This document shows positions 50,750 through 64,000 of a stretch of DNA of 64,000 bases, in pieces. The translations under genes were made by a program, and so were the position numbers. Under the pieces are notes generated by a model, which saw only the letters and a list, made by a program, of their open reading frames with translations, searched no databases and had not been told where the DNA came from. Source of the stretch: the human T2T-CHM13v2.0 reference genome, Homo sapiens; assembly GCA_009914755.4 (NCBI GenBank), contig CP086569.2, forward strand, positions 2,304,001-2,368,000, given 5' to 3'. Position 1 is the stretch's first letter, and each line of letters begins with the position of its first letter.

Positions 50750-51060
50750 ACAAACCACCCCAAAACGTGGTGCTTTAAAACAATACCCATTTAGTTCGTT
50801 CCCGATTCCGTGGCTCAGCTGTTCAGGTTTGGCTCAGTGAGGCAGCTCTGGGGTCAGCTGGATTCACTCATGAGTCAGTGCTCAGCTGCCGGGTGGCCAG
50901 GAGCAGGCTGGTTTGGATGACTCAGCTGGGGCAGCTTGGTTTAGCTCCAACTGGTCTCTCAGCCTTCGCTGAGGCAGCTCATGCTTATGCATATGGCAGC
51001 CGGGAAGGTTTCCAAGCCAGGGAGCTAAGGCGTGAACAGCCTCTAAAAGCCCAAGTGCAG
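50750..51060. mobile_element. Ancient LTR/MER-type interspersed repeat fragment. Family not assigned.
   Basis: caaaacaaaccaccccaaaacgtggtgctttaaaacaatacccatttagtt...gctcagctg...ggctcagtgaggcagctctggggtcagctggattcactcatg... resembles a widespread mammalian repeat beginning ...tgtgtaacaaaccaccccaaaactt.gtggcttaaaacaacaaccatttatt. Confidence 0.45.
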
Positions 51061-51079
51061 AAATTTTTAAAAAATGCTT

Positions 51080-51325
51080 ATTTATTTGTTTTCAGAGACA
51101 AGATCTCACTCTGTCACCCCGGCTGGAGTGCAGAGGCACAATCATAGCTCACTGTAACTTTGAACTCCTGGGCTCAAGTGATCATCCCACCTCAGCCTCC
51201 CAAGTAGCTGAGACTCTAGGTGTGCACCACTATGTCCTGCTATTTTTTTTTTTTATAGAGATGGGGTGTCATTGTGTTGCCCAGTTTGGTCTCAAACTTC
51301 TGGCCACAAGAGATCATCCCCACCT
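51080..51325 (-). mobile_element. Alu SINE, old (AluJ/FRAM-like).
   Basis: gagacaagatctcactctgtcaccccggctggagtgcagaggcacaatcatagctcactgtaactttgaactcctgggctcaagtgatcatcccacctcagcctcccaagtagctgagactctaggtgtgcaccactatgtcctgctatttttttttt...agagatggggtgtcattgtgttgcccagtttggtctcaaacttctggcc. Confidence 0.75.
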
Positions 51326-52084
51326 GATCCCAGACTGCCTACCCACCCTCACCTCCCAATTCTCTTCCTACTCATTAAGGTCATAATTTTTTCCCTCAGT
51401 GTCTGTGTTTTTGCTCATGTGTGTATGCTCTCTGAAATGGAGCATTTTCTATCCGGAAGACTCCTACACGTTCTGCACAACCCAGCTTAAATGCAGTCTC
51501 CTTCGTGAAACATTTCTCAACCAGCATGGCCTCCATTTTTCTCCTTTTTCCTCGCACAGCACTCTGCGCAGCACTCTGTGTCCATCATCTGTAGACTATA
51601 TCACGTTGTGTGAGATACATTGTTATTTTTGGTGGTGGTCGTGGTGTGTTTTGTTTGGTTTTTTGCTCTTCCTCAATGGAACAATTGGGCTATTTGATGA
51701 AAGAAAAAGGACTTACTCACCTTGGCATGCTTTGCATGTAGGAGACAATCTGTAACACTCTATTTGCTAAGTCAATGTTTATTGGATAAATCAACATAAT
51801 TTTCATGTTATTACATTACAGTGCTTAAATGTGCTTGCGTCAGCTCTGTAGCTACAGTGATGCACATATTGTTGTTGGAAGAGATTATATTTTTCATAAA
51901 TGGCCACAGCAATATTTCTGTCCCACACTCTCTTCCAGAACCTTGGTGCTTCCCATCAAGAGTGGGAATCTGATTCCCTTTTCCTTGAAATTGGGTGGAT
52001 ATTTGTGGCTGCTTTTGTGCAGAGGGGTTGCCACATGACTTCAGAAACCAGGTTGTAAATGTGCTGTGACTGCACATTATTTTT

Positions 52085-52380
<296 letters not shown>

Positions 52381-52489
52381 ACAGTGGCTTTTTTAAACCA
52401 GTAAATTTTGGGATAGCTAGTTATACATAATAACTGAAACAATCACGCATTTTAGAATTCATATGTAAGCTAACTTTTACCATGTAGCA

Positions 52490-52548
52490 TTCTCACACAT
52501 ATATAATGTGTGTGTGCATTTATGTGTGTGTGTTTGTGTGTGTGTGCA
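52490..52548. repeat. (GT)n-type dinucleotide repeat.
   Basis: atgtgtgtgtgcatttatgtgtgtgtgtttgtgtgtgtgtgcac. Confidence 0.9.
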
Positions 52549-53522
52549 CAGGCAAAAGAGATAGGGAGCTTTATTGCCTAGTGTTTTGTGGTCAGCTCAC
52601 TTTTGCCTTGCCTGCATTCAGTTGAGCAGTTAAGCATCTAAAGTACCCAGTCTGTACACTGGGCTGTCTGCCAGGTACCGTGTTAAAAACAAAGTTGAGC
52701 CTGCTCCTAGCTTGTTGGAAAACTCAGATAAACACAAATTAACAGCTCTCCTGTCACATTCTATGTTTTGGAACACCCTAGGATGGCTTTCTCAGATTCA
52801 GCACTGTGACCATCATAGTCAGCACTTGTCATGATCAAGACTCAACCTTAGGTCTTGGATACAGTCCTAACGGGCCACTGGTTCTAACCCACAAGGTTGT
52901 TTACCTATCTAAGCAGACTTAGGGGTAAACAGGATTCCTGCTTCAAATACAGTATTCTGGGAAGTTGATTCTTTCTTGACTCTGAGCCAAACTAAATGCA
53001 AGCATAAGCTTCATCAACAAAGTAGTTGTTCATATATTATGCAACTTCCGTAATGCCTTTTAATTTCTTCTGAAGACTCAACCAATGCTACAGGTAAGAA
53101 AATTAAAAAGACACACAGACATAGGATCACACATCAAGTTTTTGCCAAATTAAATTATTGTTTTGAAAATAATTTGCAGCACTGATGGGCACACACCGTA
53201 AAATTTCCAATGTATGAACTCTGGGCTACAAGACACTCTTTATCTTTGCCTGCTGTGAACGCTCTGAGGAAAATTCCGGTGGTTTTGAGGCAGTCACAAG
53301 GCAATGTGCTGCATAAGGCCTGGACTCAGAAGCAAAGGGCTCTTGATTTTAATCCCAGCCCACCGCTGACAAGCTCAACGGCCCCAGGATGTTTCCTCAT
53401 CAGCAGAGGTGGGCTAATGAATCCAGATCCCCTGTTTCACAGTTGTTCCTCAATGAATGAACACCTAGAAAGTTATACAACAATACAAAAATATCAGGTG
53501 GAAATTTACTTGTTTGTAAGTC

Positions 53523-54320
53523 TGTCAATCCATCCATCCACTCACCCTTCCATCTATTCATCCATCTATTTTTCTAGCCACCCGTCCATCCATCTATCCA
53601 TGCACCTATTTATCCATCCATCCAGTTATCCATCCATCTATCCACATATCCATCCACACACCCACCCATCCATCCATTCATGGATACAACCGTTCATCTA
53701 CACATCCACCCACCCACCCATTCACCAAACTATTCATCTATCCATCCATTCATGGATACAACCATTCATGTACACATCCACCCACCCACCCATTCACCAA
53801 ACTATTCATCTATCCATCCATCCATCCCTGCATACACCCACTCGTCGATCCATCCACTCATCCATTCACCCACCCATCTACCCATCCATCTGTCCATCCA
53901 TCCATCTACCCACCCACCCATCTACCCATTCATCCATCCATCCATTTATTCATCCATCCATACATTCAGCCACCCATTTACTGAAACCTTATCTATCATC
54001 CATCCAGCCAGCCAGCCATTTATATACCCACCCGTTCATGCATCCATTCACCCACGCACCCATGTGTTTATCCATCCATTCATTCATCCACCCACATATC
54101 CACCTACCCATTCATCCAACCCTCCATCTATTCACCCATTCATCCATCCACCCACCCATCCATCCACTCACCCACCCATTTGTCCATGCATTCATTCATC
54201 CACCCATTTATTTATTCATCTACCCATTTATCTCTCAGTCAATCCATGCATCCAGATGTCTGTCCATTTATCCACACATCCACAACCCCCACCCATCCAC
54301 CCATGTGTACTTCCATCCTC
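53523..54320. repeat. (CCAT)n/(CATC)n/(CCAC)n simple repeat, ~800 bp, the reverse complement of the 22990-23680 motif. It contains an internal 70-bp tandem duplication at ~53675-53815.
   Basis: catccatccatccacccacccatc... The 1137-bp plus-strand ORF (53210-54346) translates to an [15 protein letters not shown] repetitive peptide and is not a gene. cattcatggatacaaccgttcatctacacatccacccacccacccattcaccaaactattcatctatccatc is duplicated. Confidence 0.9.
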
Positions 54321-55379
54321 CCACTGACTCAGGAAACTTCATTTGAGCATCTGTACAGCCGACATTGCGTGTGGCTCAGACACCTCTTAACTGCCTTGGC
54401 TGCCCACAAGTACCTCACAGGAGGTCTCTGCTATAAATTGGGCTCAGCCCCTGGCAGTGGAGACCAGAAATAAAAAGTGATTTAAATAACACTGAAACAA
54501 ACCTGACTTTTTAAATGGTAAGATTAAAAACGTACTCTTCTGTCCTGTAATGAGGTCAGGAGAGTTGGTCTGGGCCTGGCACAGCTGTCTTGCAGTGTCA
54601 CCAGCCACCCTGGCACCTTTGCTCCATATATTCTGCCATTCTTGGAATAGGACCTCTACCCTCTGGAGGACTTCCTGCTCTAAGCTAGCTGCTGGAACTC
54701 CAGACATCACGTCATTATTCCAGGCAGGCCCAGCATGATGCAGAGAAAGTGAAAAGTGGGCTTGTTGGCCACCAGTCCCCCTCTTAAGGGACTCCTCAGA
54801 AGTTTCACCCAATAACTTTGGTTTACATTGATTTTATTAACCAGAACATAGATTTTTGGTTACACCTAACTGCAAAGGAGAATGAGGATATCGTCTTTCA
54901 GCTGTCACATTGCCAAAATCAGTAAATTCAAGGTCTCTTAATATAAGGGAAGAAAGAAAGGATATAGGATAGGCAACTGTAGTCTCACACGTGCATGAGG
55001 AATGGATGGAAGGATGGTGGACAGGAGCGCGTATGTAAATACTTTTTAGTCTTCTCAGGCTGCCATAATAAAATAGCATAGACTGGGTACTTAAACAAAA
55101 GGAATTTATTTTCTCACAGCTCTGGAGACTGGGAAGTCCAAGATCAAGGGGCTGGTTGGTTCAATTCCTGGTGAGGGCTCTCTTCTTGGTTTGCTGTGTT
55201 CTCACATGGAGGAGAGACAGAGCAAGCATGCCCTCCGATATTTCTTCTTACAAAGGCACTAACTTTCCTGCATAGGGTCCTAACTTTACGATTTCATTTA
55301 ACCTTGATTATTTCCTTGCTGCAAATACAGACACATGGGGAACAGAACTTCAACACACGAATTTGGGGAGTAGATACAA

Positions 55380-55520
55380 CTCTGCTCATGGCACATATAA
55401 GCATGCATACTAAATGTGTGTGTGCATGTGGGTCAATGGAAAGATTGGAAGTCTCATTAATAGCACATATATGCATGCATACTATGTGTGTGTGCACGTG
55501 TGTCTGTATGGAAAGATAGG
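55380..55520. repeat. Two-copy tandem duplication, ~72-bp unit.
   Basis: gcacatataagcatgcatactaaatgtgtgtgtgcatgtgggtcaatggaaagattggaagtctcattaa is followed by tagcacatatatgcatgcatactatgtgtgtgtgcacgtgtgtctgtatggaaagataggaagcctcatta. Confidence 0.85.
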
Positions 55521-55830
55521 AAGCCTCATTATCTAAATGCCTAGCCTTTCGGGTGAGCTAATTTTTGTTGTGTATGCATTCAATTGAGTAATTAAGCTTC
55601 TCAAAGGCTGCCTCTCTTTGTTGGGCTCTCTGCCTGGTGCTGAGGTACAGACAAAGATGTGACTGCTCCACAGCTTATGGGGAGGCTCAGATAAACACGA
55701 ATAAATCTAAATAAACACACATAAATTAAGGCCTATTTAAATAAACACTTGCTGCTCTCAGAAGCAGAGCCACGGCTGTTTGATTTTACTGCTGTATCCC
55801 ACAGAGCAGATACTCAAAAAGCTTTGTTGA

Positions 55831-56232
55831 GGCTGGGCATGGTGGCTCCTCCCTGTAATCCTAGGACTTGGGGAGGGCTGAGACTGGGGGATCGCTTGAG
55901 GTCAGGAGTTTGAGACCAGCCTGGGCAATATAGTGAGACCCTGTCTCTAAAATAAAATAACCTGGGCATGGTGGTGCAGTCCTGTGGTCCCAGCTACTCA
56001 AGAGGCTGAGGTCAGAGGATCACTTGAGCCCAGGAGTTTGAGACCAGCCTGGGTAACATAGACCCCATCTCTAAAATTATAAAATTAGCCGGACATGGTG
56101 GCACATTCCTGTGGTCCCAGAGGCTCGGGAAGCTGAGATGGTAGGATCTCTTGAGTACAGGAGTTTGAGACCAGCCTGGGCAACACAGAGAGACCTCATC
56201 TCTGCAAAAAATAAAAATAAGCGAAAATAAAC
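55831..56232 (+). mobile_element. Three consecutive head-to-tail Alu left-monomer-like units (FLAM-type), each ~125-135 bp with a short A-rich tail.
   Basis: ggctgggcatggtggctcctccctgtaatcctaggacttggggagggctgagactgggggatcgcttgaggtcaggagtttgagaccagcctgggcaatatagtgagaccctgtctctaaaataaaataa / cctgggcatggtggtgcagtcctgtggtcccagctactcaagaggctgaggtcagaggatcacttgagcccaggagtttgagaccagcctgggtaacatagaccccatctctaaaattataaaatt / agccggacatggtggcacattcctgtggtcccagaggctcgggaagctgagatggtaggatctcttgagtacaggagtttgagaccagcctgggcaacacagagagacctcatctctgcaaaaaataaaaataa. Confidence 0.7.
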
Positions 56233-56578
56233 ACAATATTTTTAAAAACATGAAAAAGCTTTGTTGAATAACCAGGCATGTTGAGAAATCACCAAGAATA
56301 GAGCACTGTAGGAACCTGGGGAGAAAAAAGCTGAGTTGTTGGTGCAGGAGCCAAGCAGTTAGGGGTACATGAAAGAAAATCGCTAGTGGGCTGCACCCTG
56401 GCAAATGCAGCTGGACGAAAGATCTGATGCTACTCATTCCCGAAGGTCACATTCTTAAGCTTGAATGGGTGGCAGAGTTGACCTGACTCAGGGTAATGGT
56501 ACAGGAATATACATGTGCATATATATCATACTGCAAATGTATCCGTTTTGAATCTGACTCTCTAAGAATAATCTACAG

Positions 56579-57218
<640 letters not shown>

Positions 57219-57261
57219 TCACAATTTGGGAGAACAGGGAGATAAGAACATCCAGCAGCCA

Positions 57262-57512
57262 CCCATCCATCTATTCATCTGTCTGTCTATCCATGCACCC
57301 ATCCACCCATGTATTTATCCATCCATCCATACATACATACATCCACCCACCCATTCATCCAACCCTCCATCTATCAACTCATTCATCCATCCATCCATTC
57401 ATCCACCCACAATCCACCCCATCCACCCACCCGCCCTCAATTCATCCACCCACACATCTACCCATCTATCCATCTATCCATCCATCCACCTATCCATCCA
57501 TCCACTCATCCT
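57262..57512. repeat. (CCAT)n/(CATC)n simple repeat, same motif family as 53523-54320.
   Basis: cacccatccatctattcatctgtctgtctatccatgcacccatccacccatg...catccatccacctatccatccatccactcatcc. Confidence 0.9.
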
Positions 57513-57744
57513 ATCTGAATTGTGTCTGTGAGACTCCTCCATGGTGAAATTATTCTTTTCCTAATTTTTTATGTCATACACTTTGGAAGAAGTGGGGATC
57601 TGTGTCCACCTCCTTGATGGTGAGAGCAGCAGTCCCCAACCTTTTTGGCACCAGGGACTGGTTTCATGGAAGACAGTTTTTCCACAGAACCAAGGGTGGG
57701 AGGGATGGTTTTAGGATGATTCAAGCACATTACATTGTGCACTT

Positions 57745-57751
57745 TATTTCC

Positions 57752-57780
<29 letters not shown>
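57745..57780. repeat. (ATT)n trinucleotide repeat.
   Basis: attattattattattattattattattat. Confidence 0.95.
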
Positions 57781-57782
<2 letters not shown>

Positions 57783-57837
57783 TGTAATGTATAATGAAAT
57801 AATTCTACAACTCACCATAACGTAGAATCAGTAGGAG

Positions 57838-58041
57838 CCTGTATTAGCCCATTCTCGCACTGCTATGAAGAACTACCTAATTTATGAAGGAAAGAGGTTT
57901 AATTGAGGGGGATGGTGCAAAACCATTCATGAAGGATCTGACCCCATGATCCAGTCACCTTCCACCAGGCCCCCACCTCCAACACTGGGGATTTCAGTTT
58001 GACATGAGATTTGGGCGGGGACACAGAGCCAAACCATATCA
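57838..58041 (-). mobile_element. ERVL-MaLR LTR (THE1/MST-like), minus orientation, internally deleted.
   Basis: The reverse complement reads tgatatggtttggctctgtgtccccgcccaaatctcatgtcaaactgaaatccccagtgttggaggtgggggcctggtggaaggtgactggatcatggggtcagatccttcatgaatggttttgcaccatccccctcaattaaacctctttccttcataaatt..agcagtgcgagaatgggctaatacag. This matches the THE1 5' and 3' consensus ends. Confidence 0.7.
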
Positions 58042-58117
58042 CCACCAGCACAGCACCAAGCATCTTGCCACTCAGAAAGAATGCCAAAATTTCTCTCTAG
58101 ACATATTTTATTTTTAT

Positions 58118-58803
<686 letters not shown>

Positions 58804-58989
58804 TGACAGCTCCCCTGCCCCGATGCTTTCCTTCCTGTTCCATGGAGTTCCATGTTCTGTGCTGTGTAGTTTGATTTTCAGTCCTCCTTTGAATTCTGCA
58901 GCTGTGTATTTAGACCCATTTCCCAGGCCAGTAAACAAAGCCCCGTGGGCAAGAAACCACAGATCCCCCCATAGAAAGTGGGAGAAAAT

Positions 58990-59100
58990 GCCAGTGTGCA
59001 ATAGTGTGTGCATGTGTGTGTGTGTGTACGTGCATGTATGTGTGTGTGTATGCATGTGTGTGTGTGTGCATGCATGTGTATGTGTGTGCATGCAGATGGA
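58990..59100. repeat. (GT)n/(GTGC)n/(ATGT)n-rich simple repeat.
   Basis: gtgtgcatgtgtgtgtgtgtgtacgtgcatgtatgtgtgtgtgtatgcatgtgtgtgtgtgtgcatgcatgtgtatgtgtgtgcatgc. Confidence 0.9.
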
Positions 59101-59197
59101 ATATAATTATAACCTGCGTGTGTGTGCAGTATAAAATATATAAAACTGGTTTGGAGAGCAGGGTATGAAAAGTCCAAAGTCAGAAGAACTAATCCTT

Positions 59198-59487
59198 GGC
59201 TGTGGGTGGTGGCTCATACCTGTAATACCAGCACTTCGGGAGGCCGAGGCCGGCAGATCAGTTGAGGTCAGGAGTTCGAGACCAGCCTGGCCAACGTGGT
59301 GAAACTCCATCTCTACTAAAAATACAAAAATTAGCCAGGCGTGGTGATGGGTGCCTATAGCCGTAGCTACTCAGGAGACTGAGGCACAAGGATCGCTTGA
59401 ACCTGGGAGGTGGTGAGCTGAGATCGCGCCACTGCACTCCAGCCTGGACAACAGAGTGACACTCTGTCTCAATAAATAAATAAATAG
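59198..59487 (+). mobile_element. Alu SINE with a right-arm deletion. Target-site duplication gaagaactaat(c/t)cttg/aa.
   Basis: ggctgtgggtggtggctcatacctgtaataccagcacttcgggaggccgaggccggcagatcagttgaggtcaggagttcgagaccagcctggcc...cttgaacctgggaggtggtgagctgagatcgcgcc (shortened)...ctgtctcaataaataaataaatagaagaagaactaattcttaa. Upstream flank: cagaagaactaatccttggc. Confidence 0.85.
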
Positions 59488-60822
59488 AAGAAGAACTAAT
59501 TCTTAAAAATTAAAGACACATGGAAGGTTTCCGCAGGAGGCTGGGAGCTACCAAGGGTTAGGTTGAAATGTGCAACGTGGCCACGTGGGTCCCTCGGAAA
59601 TGGTCAGAACATGGTTATTTCTTGAGGTTCCACTGGTGAAATAAACGGGAAACATGGAGGCTGCCCCAGCAGTGAGTTCCCCATCCCTTCTTCAGCCTAG
59701 TTTGTGGCCTTCAAAAGATGCTTCCCGTGGCACCTGGATACAATTCAGAAGGCTTTTTCAATTAATTTAATTTTCATTCTGGAGGTTACGGCCTCTTGGT
59801 GCCAGTTCCAGAGGGTCTGCAGAATATTATGGAAATTCATATTTGGAGCCAAAGAATGGCAGCGTTAAAAAAAAATAAAGAAAAAAGGCAAAAGGCATCT
59901 AACTAAATGAATTAGAAACAGAAGTCTTCCAAATGCTTACCTGTGAGAACATAGATAAAAAGCCTCAAAGCCTGGCTTTCAGAAGCTGATGTTGCATCTT
60001 TATTATGGCTGGCGAGAATGACCTGCGCCCTCCCTGAAAGGCAGCCAGAGTCTAGACTCTACTGGAACATAATGGACAGTCAGAGGAGGGAAGCTTCACC
60101 TGCAGTGCCGTCCAAATGTCAGAGGCTGGAGATGGTCCAGGGGAGGGCCTTTCTTTTGGCGGTAATGGGGGTGAAGCAGGAAGCTCACAGGGAGAGGGGT
60201 GTTTGGAGTGTGAGACAGCAGGAAGACCCTGCGTTCTTTTTATCTCTGCTTCATCCCAAGTCAGACTTGCCTCAGGATGCCAAAATGCCCGGGCAGCTCC
60301 AGCATCCTCTTGCTCCTCAAAATGAGCCCCCAGGGTCCTCCTACTTGCCCTGACCTAGGATCCACACCCTCCCTTGACCCCAGCCCAGGACTGTGGCCAG
60401 GGAAAAAGAAAGTGCTAATTGATAGAGAGTCAATGCCACGTGGGGAGGTCGGGGGAGAGGTGCAGGAGAAAATACCAGAGAAGGAGCTCTGGTTGGGTAG
60501 TTCATCCGGGTTCACTCCAAGAGGTAACACTTTAAAGGTGGTGTTCCCATGAAGAACGATTACATTTTCCTCATACTTCTAAAGTGCAATTATGTTGCTG
60601 GGGTTTTGCTGGCCGAAAAGAAAACGAAAAAGAAAAGAAAAAACCTTCCGGTGTGCAAGCTCACACTGTTACTTTTTAAGATGTGCATCACTCACACCAC
60701 CGAGCTCACATTGCTGAGCAGGTCTCTGGGGCACAGGCCCAGCCCCTCTAGCCTTGCAGGTTTCTGACCTAGGGGTGCAGGTGACCTAGGGAGGGGTGGG
60801 TATGGCCGCAGGCAGGGGATAG

Positions 60823-61690
<868 letters not shown>

Positions 61691-61802
61691 AGGTGTTATC
61701 TCAGAGCCCCTGACTCAGTCGGCTGGGCAGCAAGTATGCCAGCCCAGGAATGGGCCAATAGATGAGGCAGGGCTTTGTAAACCAAAAATAAAATTCTTTA
61801 AG

Positions 61803-62075
<273 letters not shown>

Positions 62076-62487
62076 TCTAAGCCCCCACCGCCCCCCACCT
62101 TCAAAACATCTGAATGGACTTCTTCCTCAGCCAGAGCTCTTTAAAAATTTAACCTGAGAGAGTGTTTCAAGCCGTGACGGGAAGCAGGGGTTGAACATGC
62201 CTCCCCGTGCCTCTCCGGCGTTAACATCCACACAGCCTTTAAGTTTGAGAAGAAACATTTTACAACCTCTTCTCTCTGACCCTAGCACCGGAAGGGTTCC
62301 TGTTCAAATAAGAACTTGAGTCTTCACAATTCTTTATCTTAACCCAGACATTCTTTTCTATTGATCCCAGGACTTTAAAGAAACCCAAGCAATTGCCAAT
62401 CAGAAAATTCTAAAATCTACCTATAAGCTGGAAGCCTCCTGCTTTGGGTTGTCCCGCCTTTCTGGACAAAACCAATGTGTCTCTTAA

Positions 62488-62963
<476 letters not shown>

Positions 62964-63329
62964 CTAGTTTGACTCTTTTCGTGGACAGTTTGAAGTGTGG
63001 AATGCAAGAATATTCAGGGTTATTTGTCAGGCTGCAAAGTTGTTCCACTACCCTGCAGGAAAATGGATACAATTTTAGGCTTAGGTGTTAACAGATAACA
63101 TTGTTAAGTGTGGGAAGGGCGACAACTGCACTGCAGCTGTGGCCAGTGGCGCGGGAGGGTGTCTAAACTCAAAGCCCACTGGAAGGCGAGTCGCCCATGA
63201 CCAGGACTAGGGCCCAGGTGCCCCAGATAGAAGGCACCTCGTTCCCTATTGCCCCTCACTAACTCCCGTGACCAGGAGTCCCCACTCCCAACCTTGTCCT
63301 GGGGATTCTGGGGAGAAACTGCCCCAGCG

Positions 63330-64000
63330 CAGAGGCTACTCCAAGGGTTGTCCTTGGTCCGGCGCAAAGGGTTCGTCCGCCACCCTCCCGGCTGCCGCGC
63401 TCGGACGCTCTAGAAAGGACTTGGGACGGGGGTTGCCTGTGGAGCGGGGGCCTAGGCTTCCTGAGCAGGGAGAGGATTGCACTTTGCTCCCCTTGGGGAA
63501 CTCCCTGAGGTGAGCAGCGGGGAGGGGCCCCCATACTTTTCCCAGCAGGGGAGCCGGGAGTTTCCTCTGCTCCCACTGCAGAGCAGGGGAGGGTCCCTGC
63601 TAGGGGCGGAGAAGGGGCTGCAGGGGCGAGTGGGGAGGGGGGCTACACGTTTCCAAGAAGGGCGGCAGTTTCGTGTCGCTACAGTTGCAGGCGTGCATTT
63701 AGGAGGCTGTAGACAGGGAGGGACCCGCACTTTCCCGAGCCGGGGAGCTGCTGGGAAAGTTTGTTTTTTTGCTCCCACTGGAGACCAGGGGGTGAGGGGC
63801 GGAGAAGGGGCTGCAGGGGCGAGTGGGGAGAGGGGGCTCTATGTTTCCAAGAAGGGCGGCAGTTTTGTGCCACTACAGTTAAGGGCCGCCCTCGGCCGTG
63901 CATTCAGAGGGCTGTAAACCGGGAGGGACCCGCACTTTCCCGAGAACGTTGTAGTTCACTTTGCTTCGGGTCGGCGCCGCCCTGGCTACGGCCCTGTGGG
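63330..64000. promoter_or_regulatory. CpG-rich, GC-rich segment at the window edge with the properties of a CpG island. It contains ~2.5 copies of a ~195-bp tandem repeat (63500-63960). This may be a promoter-proximal CpG island of a gene lying beyond the window. No exon is identified.
   Basis: Dense CpGs, for example ggcgcaaagggttcgtccgccaccctcccggctgccgcgctcggacgctc has 8 CpG in 60 bp. The unit gggcggagaaggggctgcaggggcgagtggggag.gggggct....gtttccaagaagggcggcagttt.gtg.c.ctacagtt...gtgcatt.ag.agg.ctgta.ac.gggagggacccgcactttcccgag occurs at 63603-63796 and 63797-63960, with a partial copy upstream. Confidence 0.5.

Noticed and set aside
53210-54346. 1137-bp ORF (378 aa), the longest in the track.
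   Set aside because: It lies entirely within the (CCAT/CATC)n simple repeat. The protein is a monotonous [11 protein letters not shown] repeat with no start context and no domain-like complexity. It is a translation artefact.
63477-63917. 146-aa plus-strand ORF in the GC-rich terminal region (possible first exon?).
   Set aside because: The ORF is produced by reading through the ~195-bp tandem repeat. The peptide is Gly/Arg-rich and repetitive, with no ATG context or splice donor I can verify. It is kept only as part of the CpG-island observation.

Overview
This window is primate (human-type) nuclear genomic DNA, not a prokaryotic locus. It is packed with Alu SINEs, about 50 full or partial copies in both orientations, with the usual GGCCGGGCGCGGTGGCTCACGCCTGTAATCCCAGCACTTTGGGAGGC heads and poly-A tails. 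It also holds L1 LINE 3'-end fragments, ERVL-MaLR-type LTR fragments and many micro/minisatellites. I see no Shine-Dalgarno/operon organisation and no convincing protein-coding exon, so no CDS is called. Every long ORF in the supplied track lies inside a simple repeat, an Alu or a satellite. The structures that stand out are: (1) a ~4.3 kb tandem-repeat block at 1575-5885, made of a 58-bp array followed by a ~31-bp-unit satellite in ~340-bp higher-order repeats, with a ~240-bp internal inversion; (2) an inverted duplication whose arms (1-~800 and ~17480-18810) bracket that satellite, one arm carrying an Alu insertion with target-site duplications; (3) a ~420-nt uninterrupted polypyrimidine tract; (4) three independent tandem duplications whose repeated unit is an Alu plus its flank; (5) a CpG-rich ~195-bp tandem repeat at the 3' edge that looks like a CpG island. 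I did not find an undescribed biological system in the prokaryotic sense. The notable content is repeat architecture and structural rearrangement.
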